From the NCBI RefSeq assembly GCF_046105845.1, contig NZ_CP151004.1: a stretch of DNA of 64,000 bases; one strand, given 5' to 3'. Each line of letters starts with the position of its first letter. Position 1 is the first letter of the stretch. The position numbers and the translations under genes were made by a program. The DNA is from Escherichia coli (lineage in GTDB: Bacteria > Pseudomonadota > Gammaproteobacteria > Enterobacterales > Enterobacteriaceae). This document shows, piece after piece, positions 60,754 to 64,000 of the stretch. The notes under the pieces were generated by a model that was not told the origin of the DNA, ran no database searches, and worked only from the letters and a program-made list of their open reading frames with translations.

Positions 60754-61829
60754 GCAACCTCCCCGGCGGCAATAGCCAACGCCCGCTGCCAGCCTTGCAG
60801 ATAGTTCGGGCTAAAGAAGGCAATGGTGTTTTTATCCACCGACGCCAACTGGCGCTGCGCTTCACGCACAATATCCTCGTTGAGATCGTCGGTAGTAAAC
60901 AGCACCGGTAAATGCTGTTCCGTCATATCCTGCCAGAACGGATTTTCCCGGTTAAGCACACAAGGAATGCCCGCCTGAATCAGTAAGCACAGCGTACCAA
61001 TGCCCTGCTGGCGGGCAAAAATAAAGTAACCAAGATCGCACTGACGAAGTAACGTCAGATAGGCGTCAAATTCCAGTTTTTCGCTCAAAACTTGCAGATT
61101 TTCTTCGCTGAATAACTCCAGCCCCGCCTGACGAACGTCCTCGATGTACGCTTCGTTATTAGGCGGATATCCCATCGGCACCACCACTTTTACCGTATCG
61201 CCAAATTGCTGATGAACGGCGCGCAAGGCAGCAATATGCTCATTGCTGCGGTCGCCGGAGTTCCCCACCAGAATGGTCATTTTCCCTTCACGTTGCCGAT
61301 CGTTCGCCATCGTATTGAGAGAAGGATCCATCCGCGTCGGGAAGTACAGCAGTTCGCCCCGCACCTTTGGGTGCGTTTTGGCAAAAAAGCTCAAATCACC
61401 GCGGGTGGCAAATACACAGCCGACTCGCTTTTGCGCCAGGCGACGTAGTGGGTAAAAAAGCTTATATCTCAAGCCACTGGAAAGCTCGTACAGGTCTGCC
61501 CCCCAGATATGCCAGTAAAACTGGCTGGGCTTAATGCCACCACTCAGCAGAGCCAGCCACAGTGTGGGATTGAACTGACCGTGGAAGAAAAAACGCTGCT
61601 GACGGTTAGCTTTTGCTTTCGCGATGACCGCTTCCGCCAGCGATTTTTTCCCAGGGAAAAATTGCACAGAAAGCGTCGGACAGCTATCACTTAAGCCGTC
61701 GTCCTTGCCAACAACCATAAACTCGCGCGCGTGCTCGCTCGTCGCGGCCAGCGCGTCATTGAAAAACCGCAAAACGGTTCGGTTATGGTGAGGGATATCC
61801 GATCCCAGTACGTGAATCAGTACAGTCAT
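60750..61829 (-). CDS. wecF: TDP-N-acetylfucosamine:lipid II N-acetylfucosaminyltransferase
   Basis: 359-aa ORF recognised as WecF; overlaps wzyE start and wzxE stop. Confidence 0.92.
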
Positions 61830-63076
61830 GCCCGCCTACGCCAGAGTAAAAACACGCCACAACAAAGAGAAAAATAGACGATATAGGTTGCCATATAGGC
61901 CTGCGCCGCGCCCAGTGCACCATGCGCAGGGATTAGCCAGTGGGCAAATACCATCAATAAAGTGAACTGGCTGACTTCCGCCAGAATATAAAACCGCAGT
62001 GACGCTTTGGCGATCACCAGATAACCAAAGACATAAGCGCCCACTTTTAACACATCACCCACTAACTGCCAGGCAAAGAGATCGCGCATAGCGGTAAATT
62101 TATTCGACAACAGCAGCCAGATAGCAAAATCACGCAGCAACCAGACGGTAAAACTCGCCGCCGCCACTGCCGGTAAGACGAATTTCAGCGATTTAACCAC
62201 TTCCCGGGTGATATCGCGCTTTTCCGTTAGCCGCGACAACGTGGGCAGCAAATATACGCTGAACGATGCCGTAATAAATTGCAGGTAGGCATCGGAAATA
62301 CTGCTCACCCCTTGCCAGATCCCCACCTCATCCCAGCTATACTGCGCCGCCAGCAGTTTACGCATCATGATGTAAGCAACAGGCAAGGTCACCGACGTAA
62401 TCAACGCCATGAGCGTAAATTTGCTCAACTGCCCTGCCAGACCGTTATCCCAGCTGGGTTTCAGATAGCTTAACGGGATGACACCACGTTTGATCAACAT
62501 GATGGCGGCAGGAATTACCACCAGCGCGGGAATCAGCGCCAGACCCAGCAACGCCCCTTTATAACCGCCCAAACGGTAACTGACGTAGTACGCGAGAACG
62601 CCAATCAGGCTGCCAACAATCAGAGATAACGCATTACCTGCGGCATCGCGAAAGCCTTTCATCAACGCCAGTAACAGGTTGCCCCAGGCGATCCCCATTT
62701 GCACCAACGCCACTAAACGTACCAGTCCCTGATAGTCGGTATTACCAAACAATCCCTGGCTGATTGGCGCTGCTGCCAGCACAAAAACCAGCGCCATCAG
62801 CGTAGAGAAGCCAAGTACCATCGCTGATGAAGTGCCGACCACGCGGCGCAGCTGCTGCGGATTATCATGGTACTGAGCAACGTATTTGGTTACGCCATTA
62901 AAGATGCCCGCCCCGGCAAGCACGCCGAGCACGGTAATCAACTGGCGGAAATTTGCCGCCAGCCCAAGCCCCGCCGGACCAAATGACACCGCCAGCAACT
63001 TACCGACCAGTAACCCGGCACCAATCTTGACCAGTGTACTGGCCGCCGTCCACAAGGACGCTTTTGCCAACGACAT
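61826..63076 (-). CDS. wzxE: ECA lipid III flippase
   Basis: 416-aa polytopic membrane ORF recognised as WzxE. Confidence 0.92.
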   Translation of the reverse strand: MSLAKASLWTAASTLVKIGAGLLVGKLLAVSFGPAGLGLAANFRQLITVLGVLAGAGIFNGVTKYVAQYHDNPQQLRRVVGTSSAMVLGFSTLMALVFVLAAAPISQGLFGNTDYQGLVRLVALVQMGIAWGNLLLALMKGFRDAAGNALSLIVGSLIGVLAYYVSYRLGGYKGALLGLALIPALVVIPAAIMLIKRGVIPLSYLKPSWDNGLAGQLSKFTLMALITSVTLPVAYIMMRKLLAAQYSWDEVGIWQGVSSISDAYLQFITASFSVYLLPTLSRLTEKRDITREVVKSLKFVLPAVAAASFTVWLLRDFAIWLLLSNKFTAMRDLFAWQLVGDVLKVGAYVFGYLVIAKASLRFYILAEVSQFTLLMVFAHWLIPAHGALGAAQAYMATYIVYFSLCCGVFLLWRRRA

Positions 63077-63077
63077 A

Positions 63078-64000
63078 TCAGGAGAAGTAGTTCAACAAAG
63101 TCGCAATTACCGTACGCTGATTGACGGGCGACAGGTTGTAGAACAGCGGCAGGCGCAGCAGGCGCTCGCTCTCTTTGGTGGTGTAGCGATCTTCACCGTG
63201 GAACTCACCAAAGCGTTCCCCCGCAGGGCAACCGTGCAGCGGAATGTAATGGAACACCGCCATGATTTCCGCTTCTTTCAGAAAGTTAATCAACGCGCTC
63301 CGGTCATCAATATCCCGCAGTTTAATGTAGAACATATGCGCGTTCTGCACGCAGCCATCGGGAATCGACGGCAGCTCGATACGCCCGGCTTTCGCCAGAG
63401 GTGCTAACGCATCGTAGTAGTTTTGCCACAGCGCCAGACGTTGCTGATTGATACGATCCGCTGCTTCCAGTTGCGCCCACAGGTACGCAGCTTGCAGATC
63501 GGACATCAAATAGCTGGAGCCAATATCGCGCCAGGTATATTTATCGACCTGACCACGGAAGAACTGGCTGCGGTTTGTGCCTTTTTCACGGATGATCTCG
63601 GCTCGTTCGATCAACGCTTTATCGTTAATCAGCGTCGCGCCGCCTTCACCGCCCGCCGTGTAGTTTTTGGTTTCATGGAAGCTAAAGCAGCCAATATGAC
63701 CAATGGTTCCCAGTGCACGCCCTTTGTAAGTGGACATCACGCCCTGAGCGGCATCTTCTACCACAAACAGATTATGCTTTTTCGCCAACGCCATAATGGT
63801 GTCCATTTCGCAGGCCACGCCCGCGTAATGCACCGGCACGATAACGCGCGTTTTGTCGGTGATCGCCGCTTCAATCAACGTTTCGTCGATGTTCATGGTG
63901 TCCGGGCGAACATCCACAAAGACGATTTTTGCGCCACGCAGCACAAAGGCATTGGCGGTGGAGACAAAGGTGTAGCTCGGCATGATCACTTCATCGCCAG
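63078..64000 (-). CDS. wecE: TDP-4-oxo-6-deoxy-D-glucose transaminase, 3' (C-terminal) part; 5' end lies beyond the window
   Basis: Open frame runs to the window edge; translation (...VHYAGVACEMDTIMALAKKHNLFVVEDAAQGVMSTYKGRALGTIGHIGCFSFHETKNYTAGGEGGA...) recognised as the DegT/aminotransferase WecE. Confidence 0.9.
   Translation of the reverse strand, partial: GDEVIMPSYTFVSTANAFVLRGAKIVFVDVRPDTMNIDETLIEAAITDKTRVIVPVHYAGVACEMDTIMALAKKHNLFVVEDAAQGVMSTYKGRALGTIGHIGCFSFHETKNYTAGGEGGATLINDKALIERAEIIREKGTNRSQFFRGQVDKYTWRDIGSSYLMSDLQAAYLWAQLEAADRINQQRLALWQNYYDALAPLAKAGRIELPSIPDGCVQNAHMFYIKLRDIDDRSALINFLKEAEIMAVFHYIPLHGCPAGERFGEFHGEDRYTTKESERLLRLPLFYNLSPVNQRTVIATLLNYFS

Overview
This 64 kb window reads as contiguous Escherichia coli-type (Enterobacteriaceae) core chromosome, in reverse-complement orientation relative to the usual K-12 map. 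It opens inside an rrn operon (5' part of 23S, tRNA-Ala, tRNA-Ile, 16S, boxA, P2 and P1 promoters; rrnA-type by its hemG flank). It then runs through hemG-trkH, yigZ-pepQ, fadBA, fre, ubiD, rfaH, tatABCD, ubiE-ubiJ-ubiB, rmuC, udp, ysgA, metE/metR, yigM, yigL-pldB, rhtB/rhtC, recQ, pldA, yigI, rarD, yigG/yigF, corA, yigE, uvrD, yigB-xerC-yigA-dapF-yifL, cyaY, cyaA, hemCDXY, the GlmZ sRNA, aslA/aslB, a proM-leuT-hisR-argX tRNA cluster, yifK and the enterobacterial common antigen genes wecG-wzyE-wecF-wzxE-wecE (wecE cut by the window end). All calls rest on recognising the translated ORFs and RNA sequences by eye; no database search or computation was possible, and reference lengths and gene order are quoted from memory. 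I found no CRISPR array, IS element or transposase, prophage, integron or recognisable defence system. The one clear departure from the reference gene order as I remember it is a 300-codon gene (38295-39197) for a signal-peptide-bearing member of the SAM hydroxide adenosyltransferase (DUF62, fluorinase/chlorinase-like) family between yigE and uvrD. That gene and a few smaller oddities (hemX hexanucleotide repeat, AT-rich yigG-yigF block, palindromes, overlapping gene ends) are the findings; the rest is ordinary, well-characterised core genome.
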